Shown: piece by piece, positions 38,646 to 51,261 of the stretch
How the letters are laid out: the number at the start of each line of letters is the position of its first letter
Numbering within the stretch: the first letter of the stretch is position 1
Position numbers and translations under genes: made by a program
Assembly (NCBI GenBank): GCA_965644295.1
Contig: CBFFRP010000291.1
Coordinates: 62,001-126,000, forward strand
Direction: 5' to 3'
Source: Paraphysomonas bandaiensis
Lineage: Eukaryota; Protista; Chrysophyceae
DNA length: 64,000 nucleotides
Notes under the pieces: model-generated
The model's database searches: none
Seen by the model: only the letters and a program-made list of their open reading frames with translations
Told to the model about the DNA's origin: nothing

Positions 38646-39766
38646 TCGAAAACAATACTGATTAAATATCTTAACGATGTATAATATATATAGGCATAAA
38701 ACTGCCCATAGTCGTGTAGGATACTATGATAGTTAGAGTAAGAGTGATGAGGTTGATATCATGAAGAATTTCAACATTGAAACACACAGATGGCAAGAAT
38801 TGTTATGAAAATACTCCCTCATCATAGACAATGCTCCCTTATCAATGTATATCGACGACGAACTCAGGAAGGGCAGTATTAGCTGCGTGTCGTGGCAGCG
38901 CCGAGTCTGGATGCAAGATACTTCACCAGGTAAAGTCCTCTACTCTTGTATAGTATCCCACTTAATTCATTACCATCATCAAACGTACACCTAGCTCATA
39001 CGTAACAGAATAAGCTATAGTTCTTCAGCATGTAACCATTGCATTCTATGATCAAGTAGAGTTCCAGTACCTCATTTGGCAGTCAATGCATGATTGTAGA
39101 TTACAAAGATCAGTAACTAGTTGCAATGATCCTGAATTATGTCTGAAGCAATAGTCTATGTACCAGTTTTGTACTGCACTAGTAACAAGAGCGCAGCGAC
39201 AGATATATCCAATACGAGTTCGAGGAGTATATATACGGACGACAACGAGTGACTGTTACTCGCAATGAGAGAGAATGGATGATAGATGTACAGCAGCAGC
39301 AGCAACTGTGCATACAACATGTACAGCAGAGTATTATGTCCACTACAACTAAAAATATCCCAAAAAGGAACATGGACATGTCCTTAAAATTCTGTGTTTC
39401 GGGGAAACCTAACCAGAATTCCCTGATCCCATTGAATTTCTATTCTAAATATTGCAAAATCTCTAATTTTTATAATAAATCCTATCCAAAAGGTATGTCA
39501 GGTCTGAGGTCATTATATAATGACACAAATATTTGGACACTCTGGACATGAAATTTTCTATAAATATGGGATTTTTATGTATGTCATCAAAATTATATCT
39601 CCAGATGTTGTTCTGAAATTGCGTGGCAAGATGTAATTATGTCCAGGTACGATTAGGATGCATGGAGGGTGTCATGAGGTCAATAAAGAATAGAACCTCA
39701 CAGAAGAAGATGAACAACCCACCATGATCTTCATAATCACTCCAATGCATGTAGATCTATAGAGAT

Positions 39767-42700
39767 ATGGCGTATATTAAGAGAATAGGAGTAAGAGTGA
39801 AGAATGAACACTATGTAACGCATATCAATACAGTTGAAACGATTAGTAGTGTATTGAATCGTATAGAGGAGACGCATGGTATCCCTGTGGATCAACAGCA
39901 CCTCTATATATTAGACGATAAACCAGAGGGGATACAGAGGGATGAGATGGCGGATGATGTTATGATTAATTTCATACATGATTTTCATATACAAAAACAG
40001 TCATGGTTATCGATTGTATATGCTCGTATGGATGCATTAATAATGCATTTAAGGCCTGTTGTTAAGGCATTAGTAGAACGAAAAAATGTTTTGGATTATG
40101 TAAAAAAGAGTCTCAGTAAATGTTTAGGCGCTCGTGTGTTTTGTACTGGAGCATCTGTGAATAATATTTTCTTACCTGACGAGCAGCTTGAAGTGACTCC
40201 GTTTCTATGTAAGGGACAAGAGGAAAAGTGGTTCCTGAAAGTCAATGAAGGGCTTTGTTCAGATGCAATGTCTAATGGAGGTTTTGATGATAATATCCGA
40301 GTCAGTTCTGTCACTTTTAACTGCAAGAAGGGCAGCGTGCTGGCAACCGTTAATGCCCACACTGTACAAATAGTTCACAACGACTTATCAGCATTGTATA
40401 ACGGGGCATTGTTGGAGGATATCAATCATATGTATGGCCAAAATAGTATGATTAAGAAATCCATACTTCTCATCAAGTCTTGGTGTCGATATGATTCATG
40501 TAGCTTCTCACCAGGTAATAGTAAGTTCAATACTTCATTGTGATTCTCATGTGAATTGCGCAGGGAATAAAAGTCTGTGTCCAGACTTGCTATCACCTGA
40601 TGCATTACACGTTATGATATTTCATTTATTCTATCGGTATGGTCATGTTATCACGCATCCTCTTCATGCGTTGGTGGTTTTCATACAGTACTACGCACAT
40701 CTCCGGTGGGATGATGTGGTAGTCAGTATCGGCCCTACCCTCTCCGCAAGTGACCTGTCACCGATATCTGAAGAGAGTGTGCTACTATGCGGTCCGTTGT
40801 CTTGGTCGAGTTCAGATTCTTCCGAAAACGATATGCAGTTACGCATGAATTCTTTAATTTCAAGTTACAGACAGCGGTACCAACATACAGTTGAAGCGTC
40901 GAAACGAGCGAAGGACGACGAGATGACAGAGACAACCCCGACATCATCTACTGTTGCCAGTGATGCTCCAACTGACAATATAAGTGAGAGAGAGAATGAT
41001 ACAGAACGCCCGTCAACTTCGAGCAGTACTGCTGATGCAGTACAAGAGGGGACTCAGGTCCAAACTGAAATACCATGGGGGATGTCTTCGTCATGCCCCT
41101 CTCTAACCACTGAGTTTAGATATTCTGATGGAGATGATACACCACATCCTAATATCAGTGCAACCTTTCAGAGAAGCCATATTAATATCGCGGATACTCT
41201 ACGACCAACACTGAACCTCGCCACAGATATCTCACCTGCAGATGTGGAGCATATTTCTTCTATTTTAAGATCCATGTATAGGCATATCTCATCACTGACA
41301 CGGCGTTGTAAGGATATTCCTCTGGAGAAGTATGGAAGTCTTGATGCAGGGATGGGAGTCGAGATGGATATTGGGAAATTTTTTTTATCTGAGGGCATGA
41401 GTTACACACATGATCTCGCGATGCAGCAGCAAAGGACATCAGCAGAAACAGATCAAACGGCCTCGATTGATGAGCTGCGTCGGTCCAAGTATTTCTGTGA
41501 GTCGGAGAATCCTGAATCGGTATTACGGCATGCAGAGCTGATTATGGGGAGCAAGGTATGTGTATGTGCCATGGTGTTGCCATCTACTACTTCTTTGCGT
41601 ACATAGTATATTGGTTAGCTATGTGTTGGAAATAATTTATATACCTCTAACAATCACACCACCAGATTACAGCCGATGCTGTGGCAAATCTTATTGTTCA
41701 TATTGTGGAGCAAGCAGGCCCTCATCCTATTGGCGAGATAGGCAAGTTATTACAGGAGTCTACAGGCAACCCAAGTATGATAGTGTGACATTTTGTTTTG
41801 CCCTTGTTAACGTTATGTTTAGACTTGTCACGTGTACTGAAGTCACAGTTCCGTGGTCTTAAAAAGTTAATTGAAGGATATCCCCATATGCTAAAGCTGG
41901 GTGGTGATCACAGTTTCAACCCTCACGTCTACTTAGCTGATAAAGGGTCTATTGTACGCGTTAACTCTCAGGAATCCGTTCAGGAAAGTCCATCTGTCTC
42001 AACTAACGATTCAGAACCACAGACTCGACGGGTAAGTAGTGGCAGCGCTAGCGGGCCGAAGTTACTTTCACCTGCCTGGTCCGGAAACACATTTTCACAG
42101 ATAGATGGGTACTATGTGAACAAAGCCCCTCTCCCTCCACCTGGATACGGCATACAAACAGCACCCCGTTCAGATGGAACAGAAACCTACCGGTCATCTG
42201 ATGGAACTCGACGACTCATATCGCCCCGTCAGGACCACTCCGGAGGGCACGTGAACGGGACAGCTGTGCCCGCATTTGGGGGGGTAAGCTCTTGTTCATC
42301 CATGAATCGGGCGACTCGTCCATCCTATTTGGACAAACTCCCAAGTGAACGTGATTCTATGGAGCGGTATTACCACACTCGTTATTCTTGTGAACGTGTG
42401 GTACCCAGTCCATCTGCTGTGCATCACCTTCATACTACTTCGGGAGAATATGTTTCTCCCCGAGGAAGCAGTTATGGACACATGAATAATGGTGCATTCG
42501 TGAGCCCACGTTCCGCAGGAGCACCCTCGTGGGCAGTATCACCTACACACGCCTCTGCATCGTATGCCCCTTCCGGGTATGGAGGTTATGGCCGAGAAAC
42601 GTATGAGTACTCTGATGCACCAACACGTATACCACGGGGATATGCAGGTCCCAGTGGTTCTCGCGAAATTTCTTCGCACACTCTACCGTCGCAATTTTTC

Positions 42701-43054
42701 ACTTCTTCCAGAGATCCTCCACCATCACGTGGATATTCCGGGCCTTCTGTGGATAGTTCCACGAATATCGCAACAAGGGATCGTGGCTCTCGTGATGATA
42801 GGAAACATTTCATATTCCCGGATCATTCTTTTGCAAGGAATGATCACTACAGCACTCGAATTATGGGTACATCAAATCGTGATCCTAGATGTGATAGTCA
42901 TAAAATGAAGCTCGATAATATGGCTTCTGATGAAAATTACTCGAATATCGACAGACACGGCTTTCCCCCACATGACCAAGAAGTGACAATTGGTGATGGG
43001 AAAGATAATGTTTCTGACTCGAGATTGTTACCCTTTTTTCTTAGAGATACTTGA
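39767..43054 (+). CDS. Ubl-like + inactive Pol-beta-type nucleotidyltransferase + PAP/OAS1 substrate-binding domain + winged-helix (OST-HTH/LOTUS-like) + disordered tail; ~4 exons
   Basis: Ubl-like TISSVLNRIEETHGIPVDQQHL. NTase fold LRP..ERKNVLDYV..LGARVFCTGASVNNIFLPDEQLEVT. PAP/OAS1-associated IKKSILLIKSWCRYDS, HPLHALVVFIQYY and HINIADTLRPTLNL. wHTH PIGEIGKLLQESTG..LKSQFRGLKKLIE..DHSFNPHVYL. Confidence 0.75.
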
Positions 43055-43376
43055 GTAGCACATTTTTAATATTCTGATGACAATGCTTGAAGTGTGCAGT
43101 TTTGTCTAGTTTTCTTATTTCTCATACCGATTTATGATGCTGCGTATACTATTATTTACGCTTTGATGTCACGTTACAAAGTTTATGAAACATTTGTCGT
43201 AAAATAGCTATGTTTGATGCACACATAACGGTGATTTCTAAATTGTTCGACACTATGACGTGTTTAGTCACATGGATATTAACTGTCATAAAATTCGATA
43301 TGTTGTGATAATAGTACTAATAAATGCCGAAATGATGATGTTAATGACCGTCATGTCTTTACAATAATCTTATAAT

Positions 43377-43928
43377 ACAACCTGATAATTATATACCAAC
43401 CATTACTACTTTTAGCTGAGCTTTTTATATAGTATAGTATTAAATGACTAATTATATCATAATATTCTCTTTCTCAATAACCTTTTATTGCATTAACTTT
43501 CTCACTCTATAGTCTATAGTATCACCAATTTAGTTGTTTGAGTTTCTGTAAATAATTATTCCTAAAATGAAGTCCAATGGTGTTCAATCCAGCAGGGCAG
43601 CGTATATTGAAAGTTTTATTATTTAGCAATAGGCGTTAAAAATCTGCATCAAACAACCAGATAATTATATACCAACCATTACTACTTTTAGCTGAGCTTT
43701 TTATATAGTATAGTATTAAATGACTAATTATATCATAATATTCTCTTTCTCAATAACCTTTTATTGCATTAACTTTCTCACTCTATAGTCTATAGTATCA
43801 CCAATTTAGTTGTTTGAGTTTCTGTAAATAATTATTTCTAAAATGAAGTCCAATGGTGTTCAATCCAGCAGGGCAGCGTATCTTGAAAGTTTTATTATTT
43901 AGAAATAGGCGTTAAAAATCTGCATCAA
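43377..43928. repeat. Near-perfect 276-bp tandem duplication (43377-43652 / 43653-43928)
   Basis: gataattatataccaacc starts at 43384 and 43660, and tgcatcaa ends at 43652 and 43928. Only a few substitutions differ. Confidence 0.95.
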
Positions 43929-44850
43929 TGTAGTGGCTAGTTGAAAGCTAGACTGACTATTTAGTCCTCGACCCACAACAAATCAGTACACTCTCTTAGA
44001 GTGTAGCGTTACTATATTATCCTACTATTTAGCGCTACAGAAGCTGCTTGTGCGTCGCCGCAAGCACCAAGGTGCGACCACTTCCGTTCTTATATTGATT
44101 GTGAGGCTCGCCTTGATCGTGTGTCCCAGGACTCACTGGCGCGTGTGATCAGGGGGTCTCCCCTTGGGATGATACTCCACTGGGCTTTGTGGAGGTACAG
44201 GGTTCTGTAGTAAGGTCCTGAGTGTACCGAGTGCTAGGTGTGTGGGCTGAGAGGTAGGTTGAGAGTTGAAATGTGGCGCTGTCGCAGTGCACCGTTTGGG
44301 CCTCGGTCACAGGTAGAGTTGCCGGAGACGTCGTCGTTGTCGAGGCCCTGAGGGTTTCTTGAGGGATGGTTATATGTTCCTGTGGGTATGATTGGTGGGA
44401 TTTGTGTGGACGGTGGACGGTGGGCGGTGGTCCAGTCTCGGGTCATCTGTGGACTCCTAGTAATCGTAGCGCCCTTGGGCGCTTCCATGGCTGAATGCGT
44501 TTCTGACGCGGTCGTAGGAGGTCCTTTGTGTAGGGTAATAGAGCGGCGACTACGATCTTGTAACATGAGCTTTGCTGCAGCAAAAAGCGGGAAAAGCAGA
44601 CTGATGACCGCTACCTCAAGGTTGCGCAGACTTTGAGGTGTCAGGGACTCATGGATGTGATCTCCAAAAACCATATCGAGTTGAGCTGAGGTGATGGTAC
44701 CTGTCCAGTATCTCTCCACCAGTGGAAATGGGCCCACTTCAAGGGCATCTGGGGTATTGAGCTGCCTGCTGAAGTCAAGCATCTGGGAATGGGCCCACTT
44801 CAAGGGAATCCGGGGTATTGAGCTGCCTACTGATGTCAAGCATCCGGGCT
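43883..44850 (-). mobile_element. 5'-truncated retroelement-like copy (ORF C-terminus + 3' UTR) with internal 61-bp tandem repeat
   Basis: A GC-richer island. ORF 44234-44917 contains VERYWTG...LFPLFAAAKLML followed by a P/T-rich tail. The 3' part is homologous to 25634-25995. The 61-bp unit starts at 44723 and 44784. The LINE assignment is an inference. Confidence 0.6.
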
Positions 44851-44875
44851 GGTTCACCTTAAGGGCAGAGAGCGA

Positions 44876-45025
44876 TAGAGCGAAAGTAGTTGCATCTTGG
44901 TGCTTGCGGTGACGCACAAGGAGCTTTCGTAGCGCTAAATAGTAGGATATCAGAGTTATGCACCAGTTATTTAAATTGTTTTGCTATTACATTAGCTCTG
45001 ATTCTTACACGCCTATTGCTACTAT
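44876..45025 (+). repeat. Second, oppositely oriented copy of the family's 3' core, forming an inverted repeat with 44018-44091
   Basis: agagcgaaagtagttgcatcttggtgcttgcggtgacgcacaaggagctttcgtagcgctaaatagtaggata aligns with the reverse complement of 44018-44091. acgcctattgcta at about 45009 also matches. Confidence 0.85.
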
Positions 45026-45247
45026 CTTTGCATATTACAGTTCTGCTAACTGTAACTATATAGTATTATATATTGTATCTAGAAGACATTGTGGGTCGTG
45101 GGCCCATATAATACAAAGTATTACAATGTACACTCCGTGTGGTCAAAGCTTGAAGTTTTATACTCGACTTGTTGAGTTCTGCAGTATGATGCTATATATA
45201 TATTGTGCACTTGTAAGTGAAGTACACTCTTGAGCTAATTGAATGCT

Positions 45248-45947
45248 AGGCTCATGTTGTACCAAGAGATAGTAGTGTATCACGTGTATAGGCATTGTGT
45301 GATGGCTATGTTGTACAGTTATACTGCTACAGTGTTCTCTCGTTAAGCTGAGTGAATAATATGGTATGCTTAGGCAGTGTGTACCGAGCAGGCTTGCGTA
45401 AACAATTAATAAGTCTTCAATTTATTGGCAATAATTGCCAATTAAATTAATTTGTTATAATAGTGATAATTTCAATTATTATTGGTAATTGTTGCCAACT
45501 AATTGGCTGGCTAAATTATATCTAGCATCTTAAGATGTATAGCTACTGATAGGTACAAACTCACAATCAGAAGTTTTGATTTATGTGCACTGTCATGTTA
45601 TCATTTTATTAACCATAATTGTGTGTGACAGTCAGTATAAGGGTGAATACTCTAGTATGAGATAGTGTGTGATAAGTACTGTATTGATTATGTGATGGCT
45701 ATATATTATACACAGTTAATATACTGCTGCTATGTGTGTTCTCTCGTTAAGCTGAGTGATTATTCTAATATGCTCATGTTTTACCTCTGAGAGATAGTGT
45801 GTATAGCGTGTTGGCGTTGTGTGATGGGTTTGTTGTATTGTTATACTGCTACGTGTATTCTATCGTTGAGCCGAGTGTATGCATGAGGCTCATGTTGTAC
45901 CAAGAGTCAGTTGTGCATCACGTGTACTGGTTGTATGATGGCAATGG
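45248..45947. repeat. Degenerate ~115-bp minisatellite (4 units), interrupted by another repeat
   Basis: Units begin ggctcatgttgtaccaagag and contain tgtgatgg, atactgct and tcgttaagctgagtg. They start at about 45248, 45658 (partial), 45772 and 45887 (partial). Confidence 0.8.
45390..45644 (+). repeat. AT-rich dispersed repeat, direct copy at ~49667-49837
   Basis: Both copies start caggcttgcgtaa, share taattg.ctggct and tatcattttattaa.cataat, and end tgtgtgacagt...agggt. Confidence 0.7.
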
Positions 45948-46660
45948 GGTGAAATACAGTTCAATATGGGTAAGACAGTGAGAAATATTCATGGACTTAG
46001 TGTGTGTTGTTCATACAGTGAAAGGAAAGTTATATGATGTTGTAATGTATATTGTTGGCGATGCACAAGCAGTCTCGAGATGGTTGCCCGCCACTAGTAG
46101 TAGATAGTAAGTCCAGCCCAGTTTAGTCAGCCTGTAGATATAGTACTAGTTTCTGTACCCAACCGTTCTCATGTAATAATCAGACTTTCTTGTATATTGA
46201 TGGCCGTATACTAAATACTTAAGTTGTATATTTAAATCACGTGTGTTGTATACTTAATATTCACTTTATGTGTAACGGGTGATTATGATTTCAAAGAAAT
46301 TAATTCGTTAACTGATTACTAATGTGTGACTATATAGCATACATGATGGTGAATACATGATAAACAGATGTCACATGAATATGTAGTGAAGTGTTTAGTT
46401 AAATAATTATAATTTCCTACTTAAAAGTGCATTGTTTTCAACACAGCAAGACTAAGATTTAAGTATAGAGCAAAGTTAACTTCGGTGAAACGTCCAATTC
46501 TAACATGACTATTAATCTTCCTTTACTTAAGAGTTTCTTCTAAGAATTAATTCGCAAGCACAATATTTTACCATTCTAGAACACTCACCTATGACAACAG
46601 GCTACGTACAAATTGTTTAGGGGATACATCACCCAAATAATTTGAAAATATCTATTTACA

Positions 46661-47784
46661 TTATTTATCTTTTCTTTCGGACTTACATTTTGCAATAATC
46701 GCCATAACAATATCATCGTCAACAACAATGTTTCCGTCACCTTCTTCGCTGTCACAGTCACTGCCGTCTTCTTCACTGCTATACTCCGCTCCACTGGCAT
46801 AGTCATCCCCGTCATCATCGTCATCCTCCTCAACGTCCTCGTTGTCTGCATTCATATACTGTACGCAATAATCATCTTCTGGATCATTGCCATCCCAGTT
46901 GAACTTATAACAGATACCTTCCACATCCAGCACGCGATTTTTGAATTCCTGAAGGAGAGCATTGATTCCAGGGCGTGTGAACTCCGCGTCTATGTTAAGT
47001 TCTTCGTTGCTATGGGACAGCAAATGGCGCCAATTAGCGGCAAGTATTCGAATAGCTCTCTCACAATCACCTACGAGTAGAAGATAAGAAAAACCAAACA
47101 AGGATAAAACCCAAATATAACGTTACCTCCTGGGCCGTACATTTCATTATCAGTCATCCAGTAGTCGTATTGATAGATACTGTATGTTAGGCCAAAAAGA
47201 GCATCAAACTGATCCGGCAATGACACTTTCTTCATTGCTTTTCTGATCTCCCTGGGAAGCTCAGCGATCAGCATATTTCCGGAGTCAGTGTTAAACATCA
47301 TGCACCCCCGCTGTCCCCCGGTAGCAAACTTGGTTGCTCGTCGCAAAGCTTTTTCGCGGTTTTCAGTTATTATTATACGCCGGAGTGACAAAACTTGCTC
47401 CTCTGTTAACTCCTCATCTTCGTCACTACTGCTGCTCTCCGTACTGTCACTGTCATCTCTATCTATCCCAACAATCAGGCAGCTACCTAGAGCTAATAGC
47501 ATGTCATGAGTCAGTCAATACGCTCATACTCATAAGGGCCTATACATACCAGAGCATGAGGCTATCGTCTCCTCTAATAGTTTAAAATGTTCATCTTTAA
47601 ATGACAAGTGAGGTGTTGAGCATTCATTCTGTTGATTTCCATTATTATCAACGTGTTCACTAGTCTTTGAATGATCGTTCAGTGATATCGTCTGATCAGT
47701 GTCGTCATTCACTCCATTATTATCTACAGATATGCGTGGTTTCTTCTGAGGCTGGTCACAACTATCGGACATATCGTCTACCAA
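46661..47784 (-). CDS. Hypothetical acidic protein, ~3 exons
   Basis: Consecutive ORFs joined by GT-AG introns. Globular-looking core MMFNTDSGN...QFDALFGLT...YDYWMTDNE...WRHLLSHSNEELNID with D/E-rich flanks. Family not recognised. Confidence 0.7.
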
Positions 47785-48249
47785 TCCCTTGTGGCTATTT
47801 GGATGAAATCATTAGCATGAATAGTAAAACACTTTGTAAAGTATGGTGGATGTGTATATGACTGATAGTGAGTGTATGTATACGATATCTAGATACAGCA
47901 GCACACACAGAACATCCAGCATGATCGTCATCCAAATTTGTGGGTACATACTTCGCTCTAGACTTCAATTTCTCTGTAGTCCTGTAGTCCTGTAGTCCAC
48001 TATGTTCAGCTATTCTAAACATATGTACGTACGTAGTATGTTTGTGTATAGAGGGTCGTACAGAGTGCGGAGCCTTCAGCAGATAGGGACATATGGAGAA
48101 CATGGATGTGTACATACATGTTTAACAGAGGCACATATGTTTCGACCTAATTTTGCTTATCATAAAAATAATAATGAATAACAGGACATACCTCTCAATC
48201 ATAATGATATCTGATCTCTCTCTGATAGACTCTGTGTGCCATAGAGTGT

Positions 48250-49551
48250 ATGCGGCTATCAAGAGACTTCAGATCCCTCCGGACACATAAACACAGTCAC
48301 TCTGGTAAGACTAGATATAGAAGATCACAGTCAAGATTATGGACATGGATATTAATAACGTTTTGTTCGATACCATTTACGTTTGTGGTATACTGCATTG
48401 CGATCCATAACATCGATCAGATCATGCGGTGGTTACAGATCACTTCGATAGATGGATTTCCTGTTGCTGTGGATGTCAACACAGCGCTCTATCATATCTT
48501 TCCAGGTGCAGATTTGTCACCTGTATCACTAGTAGATTCAGTACAAGTCAGTTCAGTGGATGATGATCTCTTATTCAATGAGAGCGTTTTATATAAATAT
48601 ATAAATTTTCGGCACAAAATCAACGATGAGACTGTGGCTGGTATGAACGAGAGGCAGCTTGCTCTCGTTCGACGTCCTTTACGTGCATTTGAGCTGTTTG
48701 ACTGGGTAATATGGGACCCCAAGCACGGTCCGATTAAAATGCCACGTGGCAAACCTCCACGACATGTTCTGGTGTATAGTGGTGGATTAGTTGAATTCAC
48801 GAGGTACTTTTATTCTGGCGGACCGTCGTTATTACCTGCTCTACAGCAAAACGAAACCCGTAGTATTGTTTTTGCTGGAGAAGACACTCACCTCACAAAG
48901 GACTGGTTGCATTCTCGAATATACCCTTTGTTTCAACAGAAGAAATTCAGCCACTTCTGGTTCGAGGCAAAAGATAAAGACATACGAAGCATTTTTCCTT
49001 TCCCCCCGAAATTTAATGTGCGTACTATTCCTGTTGGACTGGTCAGTAGCTACGTGATCCGTGCGGGATTGCAAAACGTCCAGCGGGCAATCGACATGTC
49101 TGATAACATGTCGAAGGGCAAGCTGCTCTGTGCTGCATGGGGGGCTATGCATCCTAGGTTAGATTCCATACTTTCCCATCGATCTAGTCTACTGTCGTTT
49201 CTGAAAAACAATTCTAATTGGGTAACTAGATCCAGCTGGCCAATTACAGAATCGTGGATGCAGATTTCGAATTGTCATTTTCTTATTTGCCCCCCTGGGC
49301 AAGGTATTCAGACTGCCCGAGTGACAGAGAGTTGGCTTGTCCGGACAGTACCCATCACTATTGATTTGCCTGCCTTCCGCGACCTACGCGATATGGGATT
49401 TCCACTTATCCTTGTGAAGAGTTGGAGTGATATTACTCTTGATAACGTCAAGAAGTGGGCGAATGAGTCGTCATCTATTGATTGGATACACGTGAGGGAG
49501 ATGTTAACATTCGATCATATCATGAGAAGAATAATGGGTGAATTTGATTAA
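48250..49551 (+). CDS. Exostosin-like (GT47) type II membrane glycosyltransferase
   Basis: N-terminal TM anchor WTWILITFCSIPFTFVVYCIAI. C-terminal HFLICPPGQGIQTARVTESWLVRTVPI resembles the GT47 F.L.P.G.G....R..E motif. Confidence 0.68.
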   Translation: MRLSRDFRSLRTHKHSHSGKTRYRRSQSRLWTWILITFCSIPFTFVVYCIAIHNIDQIMRWLQITSIDGFPVAVDVNTALYHIFPGADLSPVSLVDSVQVSSVDDDLLFNESVLYKYINFRHKINDETVAGMNERQLALVRRPLRAFELFDWVIWDPKHGPIKMPRGKPPRHVLVYSGGLVEFTRYFYSGGPSLLPALQQNETRSIVFAGEDTHLTKDWLHSRIYPLFQQKKFSHFWFEAKDKDIRSIFPFPPKFNVRTIPVGLVSSYVIRAGLQNVQRAIDMSDNMSKGKLLCAAWGAMHPRLDSILSHRSSLLSFLKNNSNWVTRSSWPITESWMQISNCHFLICPPGQGIQTARVTESWLVRTVPITIDLPAFRDLRDMGFPLILVKSWSDITLDNVKKWANESSSIDWIHVREMLTFDHIMRRIMGEFD

Positions 49552-51261
49552 GTATAGAAGATTATGTGGCGTACCCATTAAGATCACATGACAACGAGAT
49601 TGTCAAGCTAAGATTCTAATATATGTTCCATATCGATTTGCATAATACATATACATATGTATGTATCAGGCTTGCGTAATAATTTATTGGTTTTGAAAAT
49701 GTTAGTTGCAAATATTATTCGTAAATGTTGCTAATTAATTGACTGGCTTTCTTATATAGTATCTTGTAGACGCTTGGATGTATATGCACAGTCACTGTAT
49801 CATTTTATTAATCATAATGTGTGACAGTATTAGGGTCAGTGTACACTTTAATCTCTGAATTCAAGAGTAATATTCATCAAATATCGTTGGTAGAGAGCAA
49901 ACTGAGCATTGTAGCTTCACAAGTGGCAAGAGATTGCTACAGAATTATTTTATGCAATATACTATTCAGCTGCCAGACTGCTCAATAGCCAGTGATTGAT
50001 CATATATATATGCAAATATACTTGCATGCATATGAGTGCAATGATGAAACTGATTATCCATGATGAATAGATCTATCAATTTAGAAGATGTAGCCACTGA
50101 TTCATTGGTTGATTGTAGTCAATAACAGTTTGGTAGGGACAAGCTATCATAATTAAATGACCACGAAAAAATTCGACAATTACGACCATAAAGTTCGAAT
50201 AAGCGCTAACATCAATAACCAGACATGGAACTGAATCAAGTGATAACCATCTGAACCAGAACTCTGACCATCTGAAAGACATATAATAGGAGCTCTACTT
50301 CAATCTACGGATGTACTATGAAACATTGATGAGTCCTCTATAGAGGCCCTTTAGTTCCCAATATCAATAAAAATTTCAACTGTTACATCAAACTATTTAA
50401 AACATCAGCTGTATCAAATGTTACTGATATGGTTAATATGTTCCATGGATGTATACGCTTTAATGGTGATCTATCAAAATGGTTTGGAACTCCTCAGCAG
50501 CATCAACAACAACCTCAGCAACAGCAAGGTGGTATAACTCCTCAACAATACAGGTCTAGATAAGCATGTAAGTTAAATGCATGCAATGAAGGCCATGTTT
50601 CTTACACGTATTTGTTATAATGCTTACTATACAGAGACAGGACTATTAGCCAAGGGCCAGATATCTATCAGGTATGATGTAATGGCGTCACGAAGGCCAT
50701 TGTCAACTATAGTTGAATGTCTGCATATCTAGATAGATTTGCATGTTCCAAATAGAGGCAGTGATTGTCCACGACAAAAACAACAACGGCACTGTGTACA
50801 GTATTATAGTATAAAATAGATGATTTTTATGGAAATTTACTATTTTCAGATCCGCCCTCTACGAAATTTCTGATTTTGAGAGAGGTAAAATGGATGAAAG
50901 TTCTGGAAAAAAAGGATTTTTCCACCCCAATTCTAGAGTCCATTTTTCAGTGTATACAAGACTGGTTTGCTGAAAATTTGGGAGGTGCAAGTACACAGTA
51001 CTGTACGGGGAATAGTACAGTCCAGTTCTGTCGTAAATTTCTTTAGGTGTATGCCGGTATGGGCATATACGGTATACGGTATCTACTAGAGTGTATTATG
51101 ACAGAGCGAGAGGGTTCCTACAGCAGAAGGGTTCATGAAGGGGGTGTTTCTGTGACCTGTTTCTACATACACATACATATACTGGACATATACATACATA
51201 CAGTATGAACTCGACATCACTCTATTCATATTATTATCATATGAAATAAACCACCTGAATT

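Noticed and set aside
36900-39000. Possible decayed coding sequence (e.g. 37250-37470, 38760-38930)
   Set aside because: The frames are short and stop-interrupted, with no motif I can assign confidently.
44595-44640. Hammerhead ribozyme / Penelope pLTR suggested by ctgatga and the inverted ends
   Set aside because: No properly placed GAAA and stem II follow, and no GIY-YIG or RT sequence is visible. The same applies to ctgatga at about 26946.
44018-44949. DNA transposon with terminal inverted repeats
   Set aside because: Homology to the 25634-25995 copy continues beyond the arms on both sides. No TSD or DDE transposase is seen, so two opposed fragments explain it better.
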